A program made the translations under genes and the position numbers. The notes under the pieces are model-generated. The model was not told where the DNA came from, did no database searches, and saw only the letters and a list, made by a program, of their open reading frames with translations. 64,000 bases of DNA from Methanotrichaceae archaeon (GTDB taxonomy: Archaea > Halobacteriota > Methanosarcinia > Methanotrichales > Methanotrichaceae), in contig CAVWIG010000017.1 of assembly GCA_963754945.1 (NCBI GenBank), forward strand, positions 128,001 to 192,000, written 5' to 3'. Positions 1 through 9,505 of the stretch are shown here, in pieces (within the stretch, counting starts at the first letter, position 1; each line of letters begins with the position of its first letter).

Positions 1-36
1 CACCCCGCTGCAGAGAAGCGGGGTATTACGATAAAA
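1..36 (-). mobile_element. Left end of an IS200/IS605-family element or its non-autonomous derivative (rest lies outside the window)
   Basis: The reverse complement reads TTTAT|TTTTATCGTAATACCCCGCT-tctctgc-AGCGGGG. Its first 18 nt are identical to the left end of the 150-bp element at 13577, with the same TTTAT target (37-41) and a subterminal hairpin. Confidence 0.8.
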
Positions 37-125
37 ATAAATATAACACTTTAAGATATTAAAAATGTGCCTTTGGCGAGAAAAAGGATAATGGTAGGGA
101 ACCTGAAGGCGATCCTCTTTGCAAT

Positions 126-489
126 CTACTTATCACTCTTGAGCCAGGCCCAAGCCTTGTCGATATTGTCAGAGTGGAAGAATTTTACGTTACGAGCATA
201 GAAGGGTCTGGCCAGGTGTGATATCCACTTCTCCCATGTCCTATTGCCGACTATTGCCAGTTTTTGGATCTTTTTATGAAACTCAATTCCAAATTCCAGA
301 TCCTGTAACCAGGTCTCCAATTTTTCCCATTCGAAATCGGTCAGATCAATCAACATGCATACGTTTCCTTCCTTTTCTACTAAATCTCTGACCTCAGGCT
401 CTAACTTCAGGTAGTTCGGTAGCCGTTATCACTCCAATTGCTTTATAGCCTACTACATTTCCCGAACTTTCAGATAATTTTTCGATCAT
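126..489 (-). pseudogene. SpoIIAA-like (STAS/SEC14) domain protein, frameshifted
   Basis: ATG at 489 gives MIEKLSESSGNVVGYKAIGVITAT. One extra base near 415 separates it from YLKLEPEV...MLIDLTDFEWE...KLAIVG...VKFF...AWAWL, which is typical of the family. Confidence 0.7.
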
Positions 490-683
490 TTCGTATCCCT
501 CTAATATACTTAGCTATAACTTGTCGAAACTATTTAGTGTTGTCGCAATATATTCTGTTGCGCCCTATGGTGTTGTAGCATAATGGTATAGTTGATTGAT
601 TTTTGATAGAACTTTCAGCACTTTCAAAGCAAAATTCAATCAAGGCAATAGTAAGTAAGATGAAGGTTCAAAAAAGATTAATC

Positions 684-1002
684 GGCAACGTTATGATTCT
701 GGGCGGGTTGTCTGTTAGCCACATCCTGGGACGTGCTATACAAGGCGCAGAAGAACCATGTGCTGGCAACGACTGGGTCATATGCCCACGTCCGTCACCC
801 TCAGTACGACGCCTTCATACTGGTCATGCTGGGATTCCTTGTGCAGTGGCCGACGATTCCAACCGTGATCATGTTTCCCATTCTCGTATGGATGTACAAG
901 AGACTCGCAAGCCGGGAAGAAAAAGAGATTCTCGCGGAATTTGGGGAGGAATATTCCAAATACGCTGCGATAACGCCTGCATTCATTCCGCGGTTTAGAT
1001 AG
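684..1002 (+). pseudogene. 5'-truncated isoprenylcysteine carboxyl methyltransferase (ICMT/PEMT) family membrane protein
   Basis: Motifs LATTGSYAHVRHPQY and REEKEILAEFGEEYSKY...TPAFIP are present. The N-terminal half is missing and the preceding helix (GNVMILGG) is in another frame. Confidence 0.7.
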
Positions 1003-1016
1003 ATGTTAGGCTTGGC

Positions 1017-1280
1017 CTACATCTTTTCCATCATTTTCAGCGCGTCTTCAAGTGGCAACGCGGGGGCTACATGAGGTACCCCAATTTCTCTGAAAGGGTG
1101 TGTTATCTTTAGGATCGCCTCTTCACTAGGAGCTTCGAATATCGCTACAGAGATGTGCCTTCCTATCAGAAGGTATCTGCCGATCAATTTCACTTCTTTA
1201 GGAAACTTGAATTCTTTCCACGCGGTCAGAAGTTTCGCTGTGTTCTCCGGCTTCCACTCGAACCATAGTACAAATAACAT
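1017..1280 (-). CDS. DUF3303/GYD-like small protein
   Basis: 87-aa ORF with a strong GGAGGTGA RBS and a VAIFEAPSEE-type motif. Confidence 0.65.
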   Translation of the reverse strand: MLFVLWFEWKPENTAKLLTAWKEFKFPKEVKLIGRYLLIGRHISVAIFEAPSEEAILKITHPFREIGVPHVAPALPLEDALKMMEKM

Positions 1281-1373
1281 AGTTTCACCTCCGTATCGTA
1301 TATGTAATGTATGTATATGATGTACAAGATTTAAAAACTTTTCTTAATGCGATCACAAATATTGAGGGAAATC

Positions 1374-1595
1374 TCAGGAAACGTGGATTACCTCGGCTGG
1401 GCAGTTATCAGAGGCTTTTATCACGCAATCTATTAGATCATCAGGCGCCTCGCCTTCACCCAATTCCCCCGACCTGTATTTCGCTACAATCTCGCTGAAG
1501 TTGTCGTCCGTATTTTGCTCAAAAAATTCTGGGCAGCTTTCCCAGCATGCACCGCAGCTTATGCAGCCATCGCGATCTATCACTACCTTCGTCAT
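1374..1595 (-). CDS. Monocluster ferredoxin
   Basis: CISCGACWESCP plus C-terminal CPAEVI; AGGAGG RBS. Confidence 0.9.
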   Translation of the reverse strand: MTKVVIDRDGCISCGACWESCPEFFEQNTDDNFSEIVAKYRSGELGEGEAPDDLIDCVIKASDNCPAEVIHVS

Positions 1596-1712
1596 GAATT
1601 GCCTCCTTAAGATACAGATCTGTATACCGTATTTATGCGCAAATAGTATTTTCGCGAAAATATAAAGTGATCGGGATTCGAAAGGGTCGTACCTCGAATC
1701 TATTCAGTTTGC

Positions 1713-1856
1713 TTATTTCAGATATTTCTCGGGCGCTTCTTCAAACGCCTTCTTGCATCCAGGCGCGCAGAAGAGTGAGGTCTTTCCCTTATACTCGCTT
1801 TTGAGCTTCGCGGTCTTCTCATCCACGGACATCTTACATACTGGATCTATGGCCAT
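1713..1856 (-). CDS. YHS domain protein (47 aa, absent from ORF track)
   Basis: Manual translation MAIDPVCKMSVDEKTAKLKSEYKGKTSLFCAPGCKKAFEEAPEKYLK shows the DPVC...FC..GC...F...P.KY signature. Confidence 0.9.
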   Translation of the reverse strand: MAIDPVCKMSVDEKTAKLKSEYKGKTSLFCAPGCKKAFEEAPEKYLK

Positions 1857-2032
1857 ATTAGCTCAACTCTTGTCATTTTTTAGTTTCACAAGCGGTATAT
1901 ACATTTCGACACCAAATGCAAATTGCTGTGTTCGAAGAGCCAAGAGTTATCGCCGAAAGGGCCGTTCCCGTCAGCCACAAATTCCTCCTTCACGGGTGAT
2001 TGTGCGTTTGTTGACCATTTTCTTGCCGAAAT

Positions 2033-2047
2033 AGAAAGCTTTATATC
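2033..2047 (+). promoter_or_regulatory. Archaeal BRE/TATA promoter with no downstream protein gene
   Basis: GAAAGC-TTTATATC lies about 30 nt upstream of the hairpin starting at 2072. Confidence 0.5.
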
Positions 2048-2071
2048 TCGACGATTGACGTATGTAGTATT

Positions 2072-2150
2072 GGCAGAAGTCTAATCTCATTTCGTTCCCC
2101 CTTCCTGTGATTAAGGCTTTTGCCCCTCCTAATCAATGCAAAGCGTTTTT
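2072..2150 (+). ncRNA. Candidate small RNA (hairpin with C/U-rich loop and CCUCCU tail)
   Basis: GGCAGAAGTCTAATC pairs with GATTAAGGCTTTTGCC. The loop is TTTCGTTCCCCCTTCC, followed by CCTCCT and a T-run, with an upstream TATA box. Confidence 0.4.
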
Positions 2151-2527
2151 ATATAATTATCGAGCCAGAGAACCGTCACTTCCAGGATTGAAGACGAAGA
2201 ACCTATACCCACTCATCCATCCAAAATCAAAGCTGCTATGCTAGTGAGGCTGTTCAAAGCGATTGATGCCTTTGGAGGAATTTAAGCCACTTACATCCCG
2301 TCTTCAGAAAATAGAGAATGCCATTAATTGTTTCTGCGTACTTGGCTCTTTTCTTCCAACCCTTGGTTGCGGGGCAAGAAACACTTAATGTACTGCCACT
2401 GATCCTCAGTCAAGTCTGAGAACTTCAAGCTACCCCTTCGAGGGAGATTATAAAGGGATACAAATAGTTTTGAAAAGGGGTTCTATAGATGATGTGATTA
2501 TGCATGGATGATCAGCACGAATACAGG

Positions 2528-3556
2528 TCATCTTACGATACTGACATCCCACTTAGTGTCTTTCCACCATGAGCCTTCCAGAAGGGTTACATTGTAGCCC
2601 ATGAGCTTCAGGGCATAGAATAGCGAGTATGCTGCGGGAGTGCCGTAGACAAGCTGGGTCTTTTTCTTGTCCAGCCTTATACCAAAGATGTCGTCGAGGG
2701 TTTTGGCGTCCTTGATCTTGAAGTTGTCCTGGTAGAGCTTTGGAGCGTCCAGCGGTAAGGCGGCATTGGTCAATTTGGCTAGACCGTACTCCGAGAAGTC
2801 CCGGGCGTCGAGGATCTGAATGTCAGTTCGGTTTAACCACCTGCTCAACTGGTTCTCGGTTACCAGAAGGCTTGGGACAACATGAGACGTGTAGTTGGAC
2901 TCCTTGAGGTTGGGCACGAATTTAACCAGTCCTTGCCCTGCCTTGGTTGCTTCGTCTATGCTTCCATCCATCTTGGTCAGGTTTTTATGCCCTAGGTAGC
3001 TCAGTGCCCAGAGGATGTACGAACCCTTATCGTCATTACCACCGTATATCAGAATATGATCTGAATCATTCACGCCGATCTTCTGCAGCGCCCGTTCCAT
3101 CATGGTCGGATTCAGATTTCCATTTGATTGGGTGTCCATCCAATTCAGGTTCCTAGCTCCAGGAAGGTGGCCCTTCGCATATTCCTCGGGTGTGCGGACG
3201 TCTATTATTACCATGCCATCCGTCTTCGAACCAGCCGAGAAGATGAGCTCTGGCTTTGCAAATTCAATGGCTTTTCCCGCGGTGGCATCTTTGCCTCCTT
3301 TGGAAGGCGTACTCGCTGGAGTTATTATGTTCCCGGCGTTATCGCATATCTGGGCCTTCTTGGCCAACCAGGCATCGAAATTGGCGTAGTCAGGGCAGGT
3401 ACAGCAGAACGAACCGTCCTCGGTCCCCGCCTGGACTGGGCCTATTATCATATTCAAGTTCAGGACGGCCAGAACAAGCTGAAACATTACTGCCCCAGCT
3501 ACGATAGAATTCTTGGTATGCACGCCATCGATGAATCTCTGTTTGCTGTGGTCCAT
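2528..3556 (-). CDS. Secreted tandem rhodanese-like domain protein (start uncertain)
   Basis: IIDVRTPEEYAKGHLPGA and ILDARDFSEY rhodanese motifs; hydrophobic N-terminal segment ending PVQA. Confidence 0.75.
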   Translation of the reverse strand: MDHSKQRFIDGVHTKNSIVAGAVMFQLVLAVLNLNMIIGPVQAGTEDGSFCCTCPDYANFDAWLAKKAQICDNAGNIITPASTPSKGGKDATAGKAIEFAKPELIFSAGSKTDGMVIIDVRTPEEYAKGHLPGARNLNWMDTQSNGNLNPTMMERALQKIGVNDSDHILIYGGNDDKGSYILWALSYLGHKNLTKMDGSIDEATKAGQGLVKFVPNLKESNYTSHVVPSLLVTENQLSRWLNRTDIQILDARDFSEYGLAKLTNAALPLDAPKLYQDNFKIKDAKTLDDIFGIRLDKKKTQLVYGTPAAYSLFYALKLMGYNVTLLEGSWWKDTKWDVSIVR

Positions 3557-3686
3557 GCTCACTCTCCTAGACAGAGGACCTTCGTCCGCCAGCATTGTAT
3601 TTTAGGCTTACAGTAACGACAAGATATAAATACATATGATCTGACATTATAGTAGAACAAAGTACTATAATGTACTTGTTTATACA

Positions 3687-4508
3687 TTGATTGGGGTTGA
3701 GACCTTGCAGGGAAAATCGATAAGGATGGAGCGGATCTTCAACAGAAGCACAGGCAAAACCGTCATCGTTCCCATGGACCACGGCGTGACTGTAGGACCA
3801 ATAAAGGGCATCAAGAGCGTTAAAGCTATTGCGGAGGCCGTAGCATCCGGGGGTGCCGACGCGGCCATAGTTCACAAAGGCTCTGCCATCTTTGGGCACA
3901 GAGGATATGGCCGAGATCTAGGCCTGATAATCCATCTCTCAGCCAGCACCAGCCTTGGCCCCGACCCAAACAGCAAAGTCCTGGTGGCCACCGTAGAGGA
4001 GGCCCTCAAGCTGGGAGCCGATGGCGTAAGTGTACACGTCAATATCGGAGCCGATGACGAGGGCAGTATGCTGACCACTTTCGGAGAGATCTCACGAAAG
4101 TGCAATGAGTGGGGTATGCCTCTACTTGCCATGATGTACCCTCGCGGAAAGAAGATCAGCGATGAGTACTCCCCTGAGGCCGTTGCCCACGCCACCCGCG
4201 TAGGGGCAGAGCTAGGCGCCGATATTGTCAAGACCAACTACACCGGAGATCAGGACAGCTTCTCCCAGGTGGTTGAAGGCTGCCCGGTCCCCGTGGTCAT
4301 AGCAGGCGGTCCCAGAGTTGAGTCGGAGATGGATCTTCTGTCTATGGTCGAGGGGGCCATTGACGGAGGGGCCAGAGGCGTGGCCATAGGACGAAACATC
4401 TTCCAGGCCGTTGACCCAACTTTGATCACAAGAAGGATCTGTGCAGTGGTCCACGACGGAATGAGTGCAAAGGAGGCCATGGGGATCTCAGCTCCTCACA
4501 AGATCTGA
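3687..4508 (+). CDS. aroA': 2-amino-3,7-dideoxy-D-threo-hept-6-ulosonate synthase (DhnA/class I aldolase family)
   Basis: [33 protein letters not shown] and GRNIFQ motifs. Confidence 0.85.
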   Translation: MIGVETLQGKSIRMERIFNRSTGKTVIVPMDHGVTVGPIKGIKSVKAIAEAVASGGADAAIVHKGSAIFGHRGYGRDLGLIIHLSASTSLGPDPNSKVLVATVEEALKLGADGVSVHVNIGADDEGSMLTTFGEISRKCNEWGMPLLAMMYPRGKKISDEYSPEAVAHATRVGAELGADIVKTNYTGDQDSFSQVVEGCPVPVVIAGGPRVESEMDLLSMVEGAIDGGARGVAIGRNIFQAVDPTLITRRICAVVHDGMSAKEAMGISAPHKI

Positions 4509-4624
4509 CAATTTATGAGCCCATCCCTTTTGTAAGACAATGAAATGGTCTGCATTGACTGATACGGATTGACCCCCACAGACTATGTGGAGGATTAAAA
4601 TTAAGAAGAAAAAGCGCAACCTTA

Positions 4625-5587
4625 TTGGCAATGAGCTTGTTGCTAGGCCCCCTCATTTTTATCTTGGTCGTGGTAATCCCTTCCGGAGGGACCGATTACA
4701 CTTCTATGCAAAGTGGTCCTCATCTCATCATCTCCTCAATAAACGGGACACTGGAGATAGACAGGCCAGGAACAATCTGGTTCGATATTAAGAACGATGC
4801 CAATGCATCTGCTGTTGGCCAGAACGCGTCGGGCCAAAGGTTTCCTGCCTGGTTACAACCGGGTTATGGAACCAACGTCTCAGATGCCATTGGTGTTTCT
4901 GTGGAGCTACTGCCAAAAGATGCTATGTTCGAGATGCTCACAGGTCCTCAGCTTGCTGGATCGCTCGAAAGCGGGAAAAACCGGACTGTCGAGTTTAACT
5001 TGCGAACAGGCGGGACGGCAGTGCCGGGAGTCTATCCCGTTGACTTATTGGTTACATATCGCAGACTCTCGGGGGTGCAGACATCTGGTGATCCTGAACA
5101 GCCGGATGTGGCCTTTCAATATGCAAATGTTTCTGAAACTATTCCGGAGGAGGTGAATGTAGTTCAGGGGCCAAGGATACTAGTCGATGAGGTCAAGGAC
5201 GGTGTACCAGCAGGCACAGAATCAGAGTTAAACCTCATCTTAGCCAATAGTGGCGATCTCCCTGCAACAAATCTTCGAGCCAAAATTTTATCAAAGGCGC
5301 CTTTCAGCTCTGCTGAAGGAGCGTTACTTCTTGGAAGTCTAGCTCCTGGACATTCCGCCTTAGCCAAGTTCATGGTCAAGACAGAGAACACGACAGTCCC
5401 TGACACTTATGCTCTCCAGATCAGCGTCGACTACCTGGATGGCAAGACCCTACAGAAGGAGGAGCTGGCAGCCATCGTACCAGTGAAGAGCCAGTCGGAG
5501 ACTGGGTCTGTGCTTGCTCCTGCAGCGGGAGCACTGGTTCTGATATCCGCTGCATATGTCCTCGCCAGGAAGTACCAGGGAGGGTGA
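4625..5587 (+). CDS. Secreted COG1361-type S-layer/Ig-like domain protein with C-terminal membrane anchor
   Basis: Signal peptide, two Ig-like repeats (GSLESG / GSLAPG; PGVYPV / PDTYAL) and a C-terminal TM helix. Confidence 0.7.
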   Translation: MAMSLLLGPLIFILVVVIPSGGTDYTSMQSGPHLIISSINGTLEIDRPGTIWFDIKNDANASAVGQNASGQRFPAWLQPGYGTNVSDAIGVSVELLPKDAMFEMLTGPQLAGSLESGKNRTVEFNLRTGGTAVPGVYPVDLLVTYRRLSGVQTSGDPEQPDVAFQYANVSETIPEEVNVVQGPRILVDEVKDGVPAGTESELNLILANSGDLPATNLRAKILSKAPFSSAEGALLLGSLAPGHSALAKFMVKTENTTVPDTYALQISVDYLDGKTLQKEELAAIVPVKSQSETGSVLAPAAGALVLISAAYVLARKYQGG

Positions 5588-5626
5588 GGAAGAAAAAGAA
5601 AGAGACGATGGTGAGGAAGAAAAAGA
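5583..5626 (+). repeat. 17-bp direct repeat GGTGAGGAAGAAAAAGA spanning the stop codon
   Basis: Identical copies at 5583-5599 and 5610-5626. Confidence 0.7.
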
Positions 5627-5677
5627 GTGCATAGGCTGCAAAAGCGGAGCTGGCCAGCCAAGAAAAGTGACTGCCAA

Positions 5678-6916
5678 TCAAGCTGTCAGCCGTTCGAACT
5701 GAGCCTGGGCTCTTTCAAGAATCATCTCCTCGCCCGGGATGACACCGCCTGTCATAAGGGCGCGGCCATTGACAATTGTTGTGTCTACTCCGCCTGCCAT
5801 GCTATAGATCAGGTGGGAAATGATGCTCGTCTCCGGTGTAAACCAGGGCTTCTTGAGATCAATCAGGGATAGATCAGCCAGAGCTCCCTCTCGCAGTCCT
5901 AAGTCGAGCCCAAAGGCCTTGTAGGCGTTTTCCGTCGCGATCTGCCATACCTCCTCTGCCAGCATGACATCGGGCCTTCTGCAGGCTGTCTTCTGGACGA
6001 TCGCCATGGTCTTCATCTCCTCGAAGAGGCTTAGGTTGTTGTTGCTCGAAGCCCCGTCTGCCCCGAGGCACACGTTGGCTCCTGCCTTCAATAGGCTAAC
6101 TACCGGGGCTATTCCCGCAGCCAGCTTAAGATTGCTAACCGGGCAGTGGGCTACGTTAACCCCGCGCCGTGCGAGTAACGTTATGTCCTTTTCAGACAGC
6201 CAGACGCAGTGAGCGGCCACCAATCTATTGCTCAGGAGCCCGAGAGCGTCCAGGTACTCCACCGGGCTTTGGCCGTGCTTTTTGATGGACTCCTCCACCT
6301 CCCCCTTCGTCTCCGACAGGTGGGTATGAAGCATTGCATCGTACTTCTCCGCCAGATCACTGGCGCGCAGCAGAGTCTCCTCCGAGCAAGTGTAGATGGC
6401 ATGGGGGCCAACAGCGGGATGGATCAGATCGTCTCCGCTCCAGTCTTTGAGAAACGACTCTGCCTCGACCTTCAACTCGGGCCGAGCATCGAAGAGCACT
6501 CCGGATAGGAATGCCCGAAGACCCATCTCCTTTGTCGCAGCCGCAGTCTCATTCATGAAATAGTACATGTCGTTGTAGCAGGTTATGCCGAACCTGATCA
6601 TCTCTAAGCAACCAAGCTTTACTCCCCAGCGTATGTCCTCTGACGTAAGCCGGGCCTCCATGGGCCAGATCTTCTCCGTGAGCCAGGGCATGAGGGCCAT
6701 GTCGTCAGCGTAACCACGGAAGAGGGTCATGGCAAGGTGGGTGTGAGAGTTTACGAGGCCGGGAATCGCCAGCTTGCCGTGACCATTGATGGTTTCATCA
6801 TCGTTTTCGTCCTTGAGGTCGCGACCTATCTTGGAGATCCTGTTCCCCTCGATCAGGATGTCGCGGCCTTTAAGGAGAGCGCAGGACTGCAGAAGCGAGA
6901 CGTCTTTGATCAGCAT
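5678..6916 (-). CDS. mtaD: 5-methylthioadenosine/S-adenosylhomocysteine (5'-deoxyadenosine) deaminase
   Basis: PGLVNSHTHLAM, PHAIYTC, HTHLSET, HCPVSNLKLA and DGASSNN amidohydrolase motifs. Confidence 0.85.
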   Translation of the reverse strand: MLIKDVSLLQSCALLKGRDILIEGNRISKIGRDLKDENDDETINGHGKLAIPGLVNSHTHLAMTLFRGYADDMALMPWLTEKIWPMEARLTSEDIRWGVKLGCLEMIRFGITCYNDMYYFMNETAAATKEMGLRAFLSGVLFDARPELKVEAESFLKDWSGDDLIHPAVGPHAIYTCSEETLLRASDLAEKYDAMLHTHLSETKGEVEESIKKHGQSPVEYLDALGLLSNRLVAAHCVWLSEKDITLLARRGVNVAHCPVSNLKLAAGIAPVVSLLKAGANVCLGADGASSNNNLSLFEEMKTMAIVQKTACRRPDVMLAEEVWQIATENAYKAFGLDLGLREGALADLSLIDLKKPWFTPETSIISHLIYSMAGGVDTTIVNGRALMTGGVIPGEEMILERAQAQFERLTA

Positions 6917-7047
6917 AGGCTACTAGCAACGAAGAGATGAATATTAAAATTATCGAAATGGTGGACGATGGAATAGAAACTGAGAAATAGGATGCATACC
7001 GGACATCGCTAGGCTTAAAAGGCATGGACATAATGGAATGCAAATGA

Positions 7048-7153
7048 GCTGAGGTAGCCAAGCGGCCTACGGCGCTGGTCTTGAGGTCCGAAATCTTGGA
7101 CATGAAAACCAGTGGTGCATCGCACCTCGTGAGTTCAAATCTCACCCTCAGCG
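7048..7153 (+). tRNA. tRNA-Ser(TGA) with a 21-nt intron at 37/38 (7086-7106)
   Basis: Acceptor GCTGAGG/CCTCAGC, G73, long variable arm, anticodon arm CTGGT-CTTGAG|A-ACCAG and a GTTCAAATC T-loop. The intron forms a bulge-helix-bulge, and CTTAAAAG lies upstream. Confidence 0.92.
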
Positions 7154-7414
7154 TAATTTTATTGGTAACTTGCTCTTGAGTCCTAGGCCGAGGAGTTATT
7201 GCCGCCCTGGCTCCAGGCAAGTCGCGTCTAAATCGCCGCCATATTCTGACTGATGCCCAGAAATACTGTCCGATGGCCGGAGTGCGTGTAACTTGCAAAA
7301 ATCTCCTCCAAAATAGAGCCCTGTACCGACTAGGCTCGAAACTCCGTGAGGCAAACTCGATATTCCATTAGTTTATGGGCACGGATTGGGCCCGTTGCGC
7401 GATCTCGATTAACC

Positions 7415-8941
7415 GTACTTGCTCAATATTACGTTGAATTCCCCAATCGAGTGAGTGCATGGACCAAAAATTATTAATACATATATCTAAAATATTTTGT
7501 TTGTGCCAGATATCATACACGAGGCCATAATCAACCTCGATGTAGACAAGATCAACTTCGACGATAAAGAAGCGATGAAAGAATTGATCCTCCAGCTTCT
7601 AAGCACAATAGAGCAATTAGCCCAGTCAAATCAAGAACTCCGCAAAGACAATCAACAGCTAAAGGATGAAATAAACCGCTGAAAGGTGAGAAAGGCCGTC
7701 CTAAAATACTGCCGGACAATCCTGAATACCAGGCTAATGTGCCGAAGGAAAAACCCAAAAAATGGCATAAAGATAGCAAGAAACCAAAGATAAAAATCGA
7801 CAGGACAGAATACATTAAAATTGATAAATCGATTCTTCCACATGATGCCAAGCATAACGGCTATAGACGGGTCATAAAGCAGAACATAAAATTTGAAACC
7901 GACAACGTGGAATATTGGTTGGAACGCTACTATTCGCCGTCCCTGAAAAAGACCTATGAAGCAGAACTTGCCGAGTCCCTTAAGAACACGGAATTTGGAA
8001 GTCATCTGAAAGCATTCATCGCTTACCTCTACTATGCGGGAAGGGTTACTGAGAATAGGATCCACAAGATCCTAGAAGAGATCGGCATAATAATCTCGGA
8101 AGGCGAGATCTCAAACATACTGACCAAGGAAAAGAGCAATGCATATGCGATAGAGAAGCAGGCCTTATTTGAAACTGGTGTGAATCGGGCTGATTATCTT
8201 AACATTGATGAGACAGGCGCGAGGCATAAAGGCAATAACCATTATTTGCACGTTGTCTGCAACAAGTTCTTTAGTGCTTTCTTTATCAGGCAAACCAAAG
8301 GAAGTGATACAATCAGACATTTCTTTGGGCTAAATGATGAGGAGCAGATAGATTTACCCATTATCTCGGATGATGCCGGGCAGTACATAGATGTATCGTC
8401 ACACCATGCTCTGTGCTGGATACATGAAATACGACACTACAAAAAGATGAATCCTTTTCTAATTCATCATAAGTCGGTTCTTAATATGTTTTTAACTGAG
8501 CTTTGGAAGTTCTATGAATTGCTTACACAATATAAGGAGAATCCTAATAAAATTATGAGTAAGTATGTCCAGGAGAGGTTTGATTCGATATTCTCGACAG
8601 TAACTGGTTACGGGACGTTGGATGATCGCATTACAAAGACTAAGAAAAAGAAACAAGAGTTGTTGCTGGTGTTGGATTTTCCAAATGTTCCGCTTCATAA
8701 CAATCTCGCAGAGATAGCTGTGCGAGAAGGTGTGATCAAGAGAAAAATCAGTTATGGAACAAGAAGTGAACTCGGCAAGCTTGCATGGGAAAACATGCTC
8801 TCTATAATCGATACTTGCAGGAAGCTCGGAATAAGCTTTTACAAATATCTTTATGATATATTCTCAGATAGTTATTCTATGCCAAAGTTATCCGATCTCA
8901 TTCTCAGTGCTAGTAAAATCAACTGATTATTGAGCAAGTAC
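7415..8941 (+). mobile_element. IS66-family-like (single-ORF type) insertion sequence, 1527 bp
   Basis: Perfect 14-bp TIR GTACTTGCTCAATA; near-perfect 8-bp TSD GATTAACC/GATTAAAC. Confidence 0.85.
7503..8926 (+). pseudogene. IS66-type DDE transposase, frameshifted near 7679
   Basis: The coiled-coil N-terminus ...KDEINR rejoins LKGEKGRPKI... if one base is added. IDETG, ISDD, LCWIHEIR and HNNLAE motifs are present. Confidence 0.8.
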
Positions 8942-9505
8942 GATTAAACCACGATCGGCTATTCTGTAGAACCTGGAGCGTAAAGGTCCCCGGGTAATGA
9001 GGTCAGAAGTGTATTTATAAAAATTACGAGGCTTCCAAGCTGGCCTCGACTTTTGTATATTGAGCTATGTATAACCAATAGGAATTGCACATACATGCCG
9101 GGGCCCAGCAAGTATGCCAGAGTTAGGCCAATGTTTATTGATCTGAGTTAGCTGTTAGGCGGTCGTCATTCGACCCAATGTAAGACATCTCTTATGATGC
9201 ACCACCTTTGCGACTTATTCTCTGTGTTTTCTCCCAGCACCCAGTATTTGTATTTTTTATCAAGCGATCCGTATTCCTCTTCCATCTTGAGCCAATAGTC
9301 AAGAAACATTAAGGATGCATCATCGCAATTCTTGGATACGACATAAACACACATAATCTTATACGTGTCAGCAGGCTGCAAGATCGCTACTTTATAGAAA
9401 GGATGGAGAAGGGTCAGAGATGTTCCTGTTTCGGCTGTTGTCAGAAGGACATCGGCGTTTGTCAGATTGAAGAACTGATTGGGGTGGTCCAGGGGAATTA
9501 CTTTA

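Noticed and set aside
600-676. Imperfect inverted repeat (GAACTTTCA / TGAAGGTTC) before the truncated ICMT gene as a mini-element
   Set aside because: Too short and AT-rich, with no TSD or second copy.
3102-3616. Long antisense/overlapping ORFs in the track (also 15965-16519, 30680-31189, 57470-58084, 58710-59249)
   Set aside because: They are shadows of well-supported opposite-strand genes and have no motifs.
5583-5626. TGA readthrough adding a basic tail GRKRKRRW
   Set aside because: More simply explained by a local 17-bp duplication; no recoding signal is evident.
7048-7153. tRNA-Sec or suppressor tRNA
   Set aside because: The anticodon is TGA (reads UCA), with a normal 7-bp acceptor stem and G73: an ordinary tRNA-Ser with a canonical intron.
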